In this document: in pieces, positions 1 to 12,300 of the stretch
Layout: each line of letters starts with the position of its first letter
Numbering within the stretch: the first letter of the stretch is position 1
NCBI GenBank assembly: GCA_903813345.2
Contig: CAIIXF020000001.1
Location: 8,184,001 to 8,248,000, forward strand
Source: Owenia fusiformis
Lineage: Eukaryota
Length of the DNA stretch: 64,000 bases
Direction of reading: 5' to 3'
Made by a program: the position numbers and the translations under genes
Notes under the pieces: model-generated
Database searches by the model: none
What the model was told of the DNA's origin: nothing
Seen by the model: the letters and a program-made list of their open reading frames with translations, nothing else

Positions 1-1740
1 TAGGAACACCCTGGATAAAATTGAATTTAACTATACTTTAAATGACATTGGCCTTAAATGTTATATCATTCAATGCGACATAAAATTAATTGATAATACA
101 GGTATCTACATGGCACTTTGTATTAATGAAAATAGTATTCATTCAACAATCATGTCCTAAAATCTGTATGCTGAGGGAACATGGGTCAACAATCCGACAT
201 GATGTACCAAATGGAATTTCTTTTACTATTTCTCAAAAAATATACCCGACCCATATGCTTTCTTTGGCTAATTTTTTCAACAGATTAGGTGTTTAATTTT
301 TTGTCTCAAGCTAATGCAAAATATCACTACCTGCCATTTGTTACAGACACCGACTGTTAACACCTTACACAAAAAAGTTGCACCATAACAATATATGTCA
401 CCACTTCTAGTGGTAACATAAAAATCCAAAATGACATTAAAATTTATGAAGAAAAATTAGAAACAAAACAAATAATGAATATTTTAATACTATATATTTT
501 TATGCAGTTTAACCCGTAAATAGACATGTAATGATCGGGTACTTAAAAACATGGTGAATTCCATCACCACACGAAAAACTGTTTTCCCCTTTAAAAAATA
601 TTGAAACTCAGATGCATCAAGACATAAAGGGAATAACTTTGGAAACACCTTACTATAAACGATTGCACTGATGTGAGACAGGAAGAACGCAATATGTATG
701 TATTTACATTGATCAATGAATTTAATACAATGAAATCAATGGATTTAATACAATGAATGACTGCATCAATGATGTATTTACAATTCAACAACAACAGGCA
801 TTTCATATAAGTTTGTTTCCAAAGAATCCATTTTCAATATTACCAATTTTGTTTGAAAAAATATTAACATCAATCATTTTTTTATATTCGGAAGTCAAAA
901 AACAATTAATTTCACAAAACAATCACTTTTAGACAACTTTTAAACCGTTAAATCAGTGTCATACTGCATATTTATAGCATGCTCCATGTACTAAAATTAC
1001 AACTAACGTAAATGTAGATAATATAGAATAAAATGCAATAGTACACATTAAAATAATTCACAATTTAAAACAATTTGTATAAAATATGCAGGTACAGCCA
1101 TAACATACACACATAATTTTTGATATTGAAATTCTATGTACATACTACATAATGAGATCTTAGCATAAGAAAACTATGCAAGTTCATGACTTTTTTTGAT
1201 GACTATTTTCCTTCAATAGTATGCCTTTATAGTCAACAAAACTAAAGCAACTTGTCCTAGACATACAGCAAATCAGCTGTTTATGCTTTAAAAACGAATA
1301 CACTAAAATCATTGGGGTTCTATCAATTCTATGTACTCGAGGAAAATCAACAACTGAATATGACTAAAAATCGAGTGTATGAGGGCAAAGAAGTGCATGT
1401 GTATGCTGTTAAAATTATCAACTCATACTCTGAGATATGCAATTAGTCGATTGTTCCAAGCGTAAAAGTCTGTGCTACCAGCACAGCTAGTACACAATTC
1501 ACTGATATTCCATGACTAACTATGGAACCATTCATGGTAAGAGACTAAGAGATGCCATGGTCCATTGACTGTGCTCACTTGTACAAATGAGACTGTTGCA
1601 TAGTTTATAATTAAGTCTATTTACAAGGATTACTCAGACTCAATAAATAAGCTTTTTTTGCCATCCAAGCTTTGAGATGGTCCATTAATTGTGCTCTGTT
1701 GTGATTTTGAGCTTAGTCTGATTGCATTGTTGATTTATTA

Positions 1741-4700
1741 TCAAACACATCCACAAAGAATCTCAGATCGACGTTCTTCAAATGTGTTCTGGAGGATTGA
1801 GAGATCTTGGTCTGCATCTAATACCTGAAATCACATGTAATTTCATAATAATTCATATTTTGCATTCAATCAAAGATATAAGGACGGTCAATAGATGGTG
1901 AAAAATTCAGTGGGCTTAATTGTTTACTTAAACATGTAAAAATCTCATAAGAAAATATCCAATTCATAAATAAAACATGTTATTAAATAATTTACAAGAA
2001 AATCAGATAGCGATTTGATTTATCTAACTGTTTTAAAGACAGCAGTGCTTACACATAAACCAATGGGACGGGTGTGAAGAGCCATCCACAACTAGAGAAA
2101 ATTAGTGAACTGCCATCTATTCAAGTCTTAGTTCCCATTGATTCATTTTAATGGAACAATATTTGATATACAGTAGTGAATGAGTACATACCAATACAGG
2201 GCAGGGGGGCTTGAACTCTCCTGATCCTACCAACCAATCTTCATGAAGTTCATGGAGACTCTCAAGATATTCCTGCAAAAAATTGTCTATGTTAATCTAA
2301 AGATTTTAACTTTACAATGAAACAAGCAACACCAAGGTGTACAAAATTTCATACAAGGCATTACATGACAAAATGTCACCACAGTTGCTCACAATATTAT
2401 GAGTTCAATCTTAGTCAGATTTGAATTTCTGAGAACTTTTAGATGATTTTGAAAAAATAATGTCGTCAATTTGAAGTTTAGAGCAGCAAGTTGAAAAAAT
2501 ACTCTTGTTGACCCTGAGAAGGTTATTGAAGGTGAAATCTCAAATCTTAAGTCAGATATGAACTTTTGAGAACTTGTAGATGATTCTGAAAAAATTGGTC
2601 AATTTGAAGCAAGTTGAACAACCTTTTTGACTTTGGAAAGGTCAAATCTTAAATATAAAGTCAGACTTGAACTTCTAAAAACTTGTAGATGATTTTGAAA
2701 AAAATTGAAGTCAGTCTAAACATATTTGTTAAGTTATTGGAATTGTAAGAATTTGTTGCAGACGCCAATCGCCAACCATCATAAAAGAAAATGGAGACAA
2801 TAACAATATGTCACCACTTTTTGGTGGTGACATAAAATGTTAAGTGGCAGACAAGTTGGTAGCAATATTGAATTCCAGAATCCTAAACTATACTTGACCC
2901 ACCCTAGTGGACAATACATTTTTGTACTTTCATATGTAGTAGTTCTAGCTTGCATCAATTAATATTTCTATTCTATATACTATTTATTAGTGCTTACCAA
3001 TGGCACATTGCACTCCTCAGATCTGTTTCTTAACTTGATTCTCTCCATACAGGTTTCAGGACTTGCTTGGAGGTATACTAGAATAAAATAAATAAAATAC
3101 ACTTCATATATGGAAGCAAAATAAGAAACATCTATTATCTTTATGATAAATTTTTATGTATTTTTTAATACTGCTCAAAATTTATTAGCCAACTTGCCCT
3201 AGTAGGCTGGATGATCAAAGTTATTATAAACAGTACATTGCCCTGGCTCATTTATAGAACTATAGTATACAATGGTATTCAAAAGAAACTGGGTGCAAAA
3301 GTAACATACCTATGAGATCTAAATCTAAGTTTTGTGTAGATTTACACCAGTCAAACCACTCTGACAACACTGCATAATCTACAGGGGGCATGTTTCCACT
3401 CTTGTACAGGTTCTCAACAAAACAGTACTTGGAACTGTAGATAGAACGCTCAATAAGCTTTACTGGCTTCGTCTAAAAGAAAAGAACTCTTATAAATGAA
3501 TTTATAGAGAAAGTCAGTAATTGCTGTTTTATGTATTTTTGTGAATGTGAAATGGAATAAAGTAGTCCTTTCACTACAAAAGGATTCTGCTGGGATCCCC
3601 TTAAAGTGTTATATTTAAGGAATAAATAATGATAGGCCATTCAATATGGTGAAATTCAGCACAAGACAAGTTGGACAAAATGTCGTACAAAGCACGAACT
3701 GAACGTATTGAACTATACCGACGTTCTGTCCAACGAGTGAAGAATTTCCAAATATTGAATGGCCTGTCATTATTTATTCTGATTGGTAGAGAAACCCAAT
3801 TAGAGCACGGTCATGTTTGAATATTGAATATATATTCAAATAGCTTTAACAGAATATTAAAGTTGCAAAATAAAACCTTAGTTAAAATACCAGCCACAAG
3901 AATGCTTATCCTGCACTGCTTAATTCTTGAATACTAATACTTTTAGAACTCACATGTTTTTTACAGTGTACTTGTAGCATGGTAAGCTGTACATATGACT
4001 GGAATGTAAGGCTCCACCTATGGGCATCCTTGTACATTAATTCCTGCAATGAGAACAAACAATGTTCTACAGCACGCAATAAACTCAAAGTAATTTTAGT
4101 TTTCATTTGTAAACAATGCTTTTGTCTAATCTTAGCTGGTATAAAATGCTATAATACAATTATTGTAAAGCATGTCTATATGATTGGAACACCTTATATT
4201 GTGTGGGCCATCATTGTTTCTTGTAGACAGACATCCCTTACAGAAAGGATTCACTAACACTACACTTAAACCATGGGCTTTCAAGAGAAGGGTATGCAAG
4301 TCTGTTATAAACACTAGAACTTCAAATGAGCAGTGCCATGCTTCACTTTTTTGATAATATTTCAAAGAGTTTTAGATGAATGTCTACGTTTTAGTATTAT
4401 TTTGAATATGATTATAATGAATTCCATTTTATATTAAATTATCAACTGTTTGCAGATGATCATGTTTTTATTTTTGAGTTATTTCTTAAATCATACATGA
4501 AAAGTATAAAATAAGATTTTTCTTAGAATTTGTACAGGAAGTATTTTTTCTCCGATTTTGAAAACCTAAGACAAGACTTATGAAATATGGGAAGTTGCAT
4601 ACCCTTCTGTTGAGTTCTTTTGTTCGCTAAGTGACATATCTTTCAATATAAACATTGCATATCTGAACTTACTAGAGTATTGTGGCCTCTCACACTTTTC

Positions 4701-6523
4701 CACATATGTATGGGCTCAAGGATTACCTACAAAAACAATATGATGGAATATGTTCAATGGTGGGCAATTTTCACAAATCTTCCCAGTTGTCCAATACAAT
4801 TTTAAACTCCAGATTACTGGAAGAGTATTTATTGATAAAACACTGTATTATTGTACCAATTTAATTTGTATTTATACTTTTTCAAAAAATTAGATAAAAA
4901 CTATCAGTGCTTACCTCAACATTTTTAGAATCCTGAAAATGATTAAGGAATGTACTCTTTCCACTTCCAATGTTACCTTCGACAGATACCTATAAAATAA
5001 AATAAGTCCATTTATTGTCAAATCTCCCTCCCTGTTGTGCTTAAAGTCCCTGTGTAATGTTTGAAAATATGTTTTTATCATTCAATTACTATTTGTCATG
5101 ACTTTAAAAAAAAATGTAGAGATTTTATGAAAAAAAATTGTCAGCTTTTCATTTCTCAAGTATTCAAATTTCCAACCATTTTCCAAAAACAAAATTCCAC
5201 CATACATTTCAAAAAAGATTATCTTTTTAACACCTATGCAAAGATTGGACAATGGACATACTATTTCAATAATAAAATGCCATATCTAATGTGCCACTTA
5301 CTGTTTTAGCATATCAAAAATATTTCGCAACCTGAGACAGTGATGTCATTGATGAATCACTCAGGTGGCAAAAAAAATTCGATCTTTTCTGAATATGCTA
5401 AACTTCGAGAATAAACCAATGTTGATTGTCTAACCAGCTTAAAATGTAGAATATATTATGTTTTAGATATTATTGTACCATTGGTTTCTATGAGAACTAA
5501 AATTTTGAAATGCATTTTTCTCTGAACCATTTTCATCGATTGATGAGTTCATTTCTCGCTTATTTATGAACCGATTTTCTTAATTTTTTAAATATGCATA
5601 TTACATACTTCTAAGAAGTGACATATTTTATACTCTTAATTTATTGGCACACGCATTTACACGAAGTCCTTTACAAGAAGTAACGTCATTTCTAAGAAGT
5701 TGAATTTCAAGGCGGAGTTCAAACCACTCCTTGAATTGACTTAAAACTGAAAACATCCTGTTCTATTCATGAAGGGGCTTTTTTCTCTCGAAATCCCATG
5801 TTGAGTCGACACACACACACAAAATGATTCGATTTTAGGCTAAGATCAATTTACATGTACTTACTGTAAACTTCTTGTTTCCATTATCTGGCAGTACACA
5901 TGTATCAAAGTTGTTGAATGTGAATGCTAGAAAATAAAATAACAAAACATTTTAATTTGAATGTAGGCTATGCATTGCAATATTTAGACTTGGAAAAGGA
6001 CATTATGCCAGACTGTCTTCAAATGATGGAAAATCTCCTATGTGTATGGGCAACGGATAATGGGAAGTTCTCCATACTGACCTATAGATAACATGGGGGG
6101 CTTCTGTTCCACGGTTATGGGAAGCCCTCCATATATTACTTATATTATACCTCCTAGATGGAGGACTTCCCACTATCCGTGTTCTGTTCACTATGTTATG
6201 TGTCCCTGAAACTCCCATTTGTGCAAGGAATCTTGCTGCATCTTTAGATTGATTCTAGTAAAAATCCAAGACATGATATTGTCCATACATTTTCATCATC
6301 TTAGATCACAGGATCAAGTATTATCAAAATAAAATCGAATATGAATGTACTCGCTAAGAGAAGTCGAGGAGAAGCCTGCCAGTCCTAATATGAAATTCAA
6401 ATCTGATGCATTTCGATTTTGAATTTTCTGTCTTTTGTTTTTCTATTTTCATTTCAAACTCAAAAATCAAGAAAAATACTCACTATTCCTGTTGCCAGTC
6501 CTGAAATTACTGTTCCCCAACAT
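1741..6523 (-). CDS. TK2: Deoxynucleoside kinase, TK2 / Drosophila dNK-like; 9 coding exons, 242 aa
   Basis: Exons (-): 6523-6484 (tentative first), 5926-5865, 4989-4915, 4726-4673, 4043-3954, 3472-3310, 3077-2998, 2272-2192, 1824-1741. All introns are GT-AG with consistent phases; 729 nt. Protein has P-loop VEGNIGSGKST, EP..MW, LMY.DAHRWSLTFQSYVQLTML, ERSIYS, DLIVYLQASPETCMERIKLRNRSEE (lid) and YLESLHELHEDWL. Exon 1 is the least certain. Confidence 0.92.
2354..2838 (+). mobile_element. Non-autonomous Helentron/HINE-like element (short copy of the family at 20565-22240)
   Basis: Same 5' end (ACAAGGCATT.ACATGACAAAATGTCACC), about 3 degenerate core monomers and the 3' hairpin ATGTCACCAC-loop-GTGGTGACAT followed by A-run. 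A 3' remnant also lies at about 340-424. Confidence 0.65.
3620..3780. repeat. Long imperfect palindrome (hairpin element) in a TK2 intron
   Basis: GAATAAATAATGATAGGCCATTCAATAT... pairs with ...ATATTGAATGGCCTGTCATTATTTATTC; inner arms GTTGGACAAAATGTCG / CGACGTTCTGTCCAAC. Confidence 0.65.
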
Positions 6524-6645
6524 TGTTTGCTCTTTACTGACTACTTTTCCGGAGATTAAATTGGGTAAAAATAGAATTTCTGGAAAAAAATTCAGGAAGG
6601 CGGTCAATATCAGTTAGAAGTTTTCGTCAACAATAAAATTCGTAT

Positions 6646-6710
6646 ATTGGCGCTAATCCTGTTTCGCGGCAATATTGACCAATCACGTTAAAGATGACGC
6701 CGCGGGAAAA
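6646..6710 (-). promoter_or_regulatory. Putative TK2/dNK promoter with E2F-like sites and CCAAT boxes
   Basis: TTTCGCGGC at 6662-6670, CGCGGGAAAA (= TTTTCCCGCG) at 6701-6710, ATTGG/TTGGCGC at 6646-6653, CCAAT at 6679-6683. Local CpG enrichment about 120-190 nt upstream of the predicted ATG. Confidence 0.55.
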
Positions 6711-7370
6711 CTGATGTATGCTGGGAGTATTTTCTAACAAGAATTTAAAGCTGAAATAAAAACCGATATAGCGAAGAGATGATGTACTTTTGTTTTTAGC
6801 TTTTTATGTGTGTTTTTATGTCACCACCATCACCACCACCACCCTTGGGTGGTACCAGAAAAAAGTGGGCCCAAAATGGGCCTTTTTGAAGAAAATGGGC
6901 CTCAAAATTTCACAAAAAGGGGCCCTTTTTGGTTTTAGTGGCTCAAAATTCCCCCCCCCCCTTGTTGGTTCCCAGATCCGCCCATGCATCATGATGTAGC
7001 ATACAGATAATAGATGTGGTTACGAATAAAAAGGGGTGTGTAAGGGGTAATTATGAGACCAAATATGAAGATATGGCTTAGCCGCTCCCCTTAGCTCCTC
7101 CTCTTAGTATTATCCCTATTCAAACTTCATTTGGTAGGATAATCAAAATACCAAATTTTGCCATGATTGACAGATACTACAGATACAATGAGCCCTTGTG
7201 CTACACACATTTGGATTTTGTGTAAGGGCATTTTTGCCCCAGGTTCCCCTTCCCCTACTGGTCCATCAATTGACTTTCAAAAAGGGGTTATTCTTCAAGG
7301 CCTATTTAACACTTAAAATTACTTTCCACATCCCATTCAGGTTTTATCTATTTATTCATCTGTTTTTGTG

Positions 7371-7880
7371 GGCTTTGTATAAAAAACCTCCTACCTCATA
7401 CCCACCTACCCACGTAAGTGGGACATGATACAGTCTTTGAAAGGGTTCAATTTTAAAGATATTAGTTTATTAAATCTTAGTTTATGATGAATTTAGATGA
7501 TGCATTTGTAATGACCCTTGATAGCAAGTTGCTACTACATCCCAGCTGGGTTCGATTCCCACTCGGAGCATCGAATTTAGCACACTTTCTTTCAATTTTT
7601 TTATCTGGCTTGTTGGACCTATGGTCGTGGTCGTTGTTATTCATTCCCCGTGGGCGCCCTCGGGTCATTACACATTAAAATGCATCCTTATGCCTTTATT
7701 TATGGATCTGTCACCTGTCTAGTCATAAAATAAAGCCGGAATTGTAGAAATCTTAATAATTTGAGCTATTTTGAGATTAAATAATCTTTAAAATTGAACC
7801 CTTCAATGAATGTATCATGTTTCACGTAGGTGGGTAGGTGGGTAGGTGGGTATGAGGAAGGAGGTTTTTTATACAAAGCC
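7371..7880. mobile_element. Mutator-like (MULE) MITE
   Basis: About 100-bp TIRs starting GGCTTTGTATAAAAAACCTCCT; exact 9-bp TSD GTTTTTGTG at 7362-7370 and 7881-7889. Confidence 0.8.
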
Positions 7881-8238
7881 GTTTTTGTGATCCAAATGTT
7901 TTACTAATTATGATAAAGAAAAGTTAAGGCAATATTGGCAATTTTTATCAAAAAACAACTTTATTTACTATACTTTATCATGCATTTTCACACAATAATA
8001 AAAATGGCACATACATGCTTTAATATCTCAGGAGTATAGCCAGCATCTAAAAATAGGCTAGGCAAAAGGTGAGGGAAACTCTCTTACCTCTTAAGTATTG
8101 CATTTAGGTTAGCTATACCCATTTTGATCTCCCTGTTCATCTATACCCCCGATCTATACTCAACTGATCTCTCAGGCTTTCGGTAGGTGATTTAGGTTCA
8201 AACCTAGAGCCTACAGTACTTCAATATTTGAACATTGT

Positions 8239-8776
8239 CACTGGTGATCCACTCGATTACGCTGGTTACCAAAACGGTTCGTTTTGGTAACAAAATGTCG
8301 GAACATCCGGAAGGTACGATTTTTCTCGTTTCCTTATTTTACACGTTGTAGGCAGAATTCCCACGACATTTTTTAAAACAAACGTGTATCAGTACCATAT
8401 GTTTAAGAAATTGTACATATTTGCGAACAAATAGTTCAGAAGACAACAGAATCGTCGATTTACTTCCTCACTTAAGTTACATAAACGGTTTGGGTTAAAA
8501 GTGCAGATCTTAACTGTTTTTCGAAAAAACCGTTTATGTAACTTAAGTGAGGAAGTAAATCGACGATTCTGTTGTCCTCTGAGCTATTTTTTCGCAAACA
8601 TGTACATTTTCTAAAACATATGATACTGATGCACGTTGTGAGAAAAAACGTCGTGGGGATTCTGCCTACAACGCGTGAAATAAGGAAAAAAGAAAAATCG
8701 TGCCTTCGACATTCCGACATTTTGTTACCAAAACGGTTCGTTTTGGTAACCAGCGTAATCGAGTGGATCACCAGTG
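8239..8776. mobile_element. Foldback MITE with CAC...GTG ends and 5-bp TSD (Transib-type ends)
   Basis: About 250-bp inverted arms (CACTGGTGATCCACTCGATTACGCTGG...) around a ~36-bp loop; TSD ATTGT at 8234-8238 and 8777-8781. Confidence 0.8.
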
Positions 8777-9313
8777 ATTGTGTAGATAAGAAAAAACCAT
8801 GGGATTTTAACATGAGTAATAGACCTGGTATAAAGGCCAGGGAACTAAAGCATTCATTTTATTGTCGATTGTAGTCAAAAATGTACAATAATAATACATT
8901 TGCATCAAAAAAAACTTATTTTGAATTTAGATATTAATCTCTCTGTTATTCTGTTCTGCATCACCCCCCCCCCCCCATCAAAAAGTCAGATGTAGAGTAT
9001 TGAGAAGGCAATATGGTAACATAAGCAGAACCAAAGTCATATTTCGACTTATAATTCAAAAATGATCTCTTTTCGAAAAATTCAGCAATTTATATTTTTC
9101 ATCCATCAGAGTCAAGATTTTTCATCAAAAATTTTCTCTTACAAAAAAAATTTTGCATTTTTTGTTGGTCATCCTTGCAAGTGCAGTAGGTTGGAATAAA
9201 TGTTTGTGCCATTGTCCAGCTAAATATATTCTTGCAATGCTAGATACACAGTTATGGTAGGTGAAGCCTCTGCAGAATTGCATATGGTTCCTGTAGATTT
9301 TGAGTTTTGCCTA

Positions 9314-12300
9314 CTAACTTGTGGAACGAGGACGCTGTTGTTTTCTCTCATTCTGGGTTGTAGCCATAGTTCCATATGTTCCTGAAAATATATCAATTCC
9401 ATTTAAATATATCATTGAATTATACAAACTACATTATATTTGTCTTACAAGCATGTAAATGAAATTATATATGCATGGGTTTCAAGAGCAAATTGTTTTC
9501 CACGTGAATTAATTGACATGATATATCATTGAAAAATTGAGGGTGTCATTTTGTTTTGTTTATTCAGTCAGTAGACTATTCTTGAAAACAATGCCCTCTT
9601 TTCTAAAACCAAAGAAGCAAAAACATATTGGCTAGATTCATGATGTTATACGTTGCAAGTAGCATTGATCCATGATGTCATTGGTTGCAGGTAGCATTGA
9701 TTCACGATGTCACAGGTTGCAAGTAGCATTAATCCATGATGTCAGGTTGCAGGTAGCATTGATCCATGATGTCATAGGTTGCAGGCAGCATTAATCCATG
9801 ATGTCACAGGTTGCAGGTAGCATTGATCCATGATGTCATAGGTTGCAGGCAGCATTAATCCATGATGTCATAGGTTGCAGATAGCATTGATCCATGATGT
9901 CATAGGTTGCAGGTAGCATTGATCCATGATGTCACAGGTTGCAAGTAGCATTAATCCATGATGTCAGGTTGCAGGTAGCATTGATCCATGATGTCATAGG
10001 TTGCAGATAGCATTGATCCATGATGTCATAGGTTGCAGGTAGCATTGATCCATGATGTCACAGGTTGCAAGTAGCATTAATCCATGATGTCAGGTTGCAG
10101 GTAGCATTGATCCATGATGTCATAGGTTGCAGGCAGCATTAATCCATGATGTCACAGGTTCCAGGTAGCATTGATCCATGATGTCATAGGTTGCAGGCAG
10201 CATTAATCCATGATGTCATAGGTTGTAGATAGCATTGATCCATGATGTCACAGGTTGCAAGTAGCATTAATCCATGATGTCAGGTTGCAGGTAGCATTGA
10301 TCCATGATGTCATAGGTTGCAAGTAGCATTAATCCATGATGTCAGGTTGCAGGTAGCATTGATCCATGATGTCAGGTTGCAGGTAGCATTGATCCATGAT
10401 GTCATAGGTTGCAGATAGCATTGATCCATGATGTCATAGGTTGCAGGTAGCATTGATCCATGATGTCACAGGCTGCAAGTAGCATTGTCTCGGAAGCAAG
10501 AATAGGATTAACTTATAGCTAACTCTGGAAGACCTTTTTGAATTTTGTTTGTAAACATGACATCATGGATGTCATCTTGCTTCACAACAACTATAAACTG
10601 TGACATAATGGATCTGGCCAATATATTTCTTTAGTGTAGTAAGAGATGGTAGGGTTTATAATCTACAGGGTGTCAAATAAATATGTCCATTGAAACTTCT
10701 TGTGAAGTTGATCCATGAAGCCATATTTGAATGTGATAAAGGAAAATTCAGATATCATGCAGACAAAAAGGTTATGCAACCTTGTGTGGATGTTAAAGCT
10801 AAGATGGAAGAACATATTTATTTGACACCCTGTAGTTTATTGTAAAGGTATATTATCTTCTAGAGATATCAAGGTGAAGTACTAGTTGGAGCAACTGAAT
10901 CCTACTGAATTAAGATTGCATATTCACATTAAAAAGTAAAAAATACTTGCTCAATATCATTTTTGCATTGAAAGATTCATCTACAAAATCATATAATCTC
11001 TATACATTTCCCCATGGGCTAATTGAAAGCCCATGGTTTCCTATAATTTAATTTCAATTCTTTATACAAGAGCTTATTCCCAATGATTTCGTTGCTCTTA
11101 GCTTATATGATCTTATTTTTAAATCAAGTATAGCAAATTGCATCAAATGAACAATAACTACAGTGATCAAAGAAATTTTTTGAATATCAATGAGATAAAA
11201 CAAATGCTTACCAACAACATTACTAGCATAACTTGTCTGACTTTGACCTGACCCCCTTCGTCGTATTTCAAAATTTCTGGGTGCTGACCTCTGTGAGCCA
11301 ATTGTTTGAGACAAAATCGACGCAAAAAACACAAAACTAAGTAGCATCTGAAAAGTAAAAATAGATATTGAGACAAGGCTTGTTTGTTATGTTTTTTCAT
11401 ACTATTGGCTGTATCTATAGATATCCCTGCGTTCATCACATTTAATTGAGCAAAAATACAATATTCTATATTATCTGTATAAAATTTCCTAGTTTTTAGT
11501 AAATACCAAAATAAGTTCTCTAATTGTTACAACAAACAGTAAAAATGATAAAATAGCTACACATAGGCTCTATGCATCAATGCATGCTATATGTACATAA
11601 AAGTACATGATATATGCCCCGCTTTCTTTATATGAACCATGAATCATTGCCCTGTCTTATGTCATAACCCTGTCTTTTGAGATTTTTACCTGTAGAGAGA
11701 CGAAAATATAGTTGTACCATTCTTTAGGGGTTATATTGCACGAACCTGAAATAAAACAAAAATACCTATATCTGCAATTCCTTATACCAAAATTAGAAGA
11801 AATATATTATCATTAAAGACTAATGGTTTTGGGCCAATATAAAGAAGGCATCTTTATTACAGATCTATTTTTATCGCCCTTTTCAATGTTAAAGACAATG
11901 TTGCAGCCTCAGTAAATCCTTTTTTGAGATGTTGATCACTGATGGAAGAATGTCAAACGATTAGTGACATGTGACAATGACCAATCTTAAAGTATACAAA
12001 CTTGTAAAGGATTTACATGAACATGCATCTAAATAATACCACCTTTGTAGCGACTCTTTTCAAGGGTCTCCTCTTTAAAATACACTAATTAACAGACTGC
12101 AATTTTACCAATTTATACCATTGTCAGACTTTGATACAACACCCTCCTAAATATATTAAAGCTCACTTAGAAGCAGCAAAATATGTGCAAATTGTGCAAA
12201 CGCCTCTTAACTCATTGCTGACCAACCACGATATATCTCATCTATGATGTCATAATCATATCTAACCAATCCAGAGATATCCCGGGTGCTGTACAATAAT

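Noticed and set aside
6003-6218. 71-aa Arg/Ser-rich ORF as a mitochondrial presequence exon of TK2
   Set aside because: Ends in a stop with only a weak phase-compatible donor, whereas 6523-6484 has GTGAGT and the right phase. It cannot be fully excluded as an alternative exon.
7513-7575. Functional tRNA gene
   Set aside because: Only a T-arm/B-box is recognisable; I could not build D-arm, anticodon and acceptor stems.
9637-10487. 32-bp repeats resembling a CRISPR array
   Set aside because: Units are contiguous with no unique spacers, there are no cas genes, and the array lies in a spliceosomal intron.
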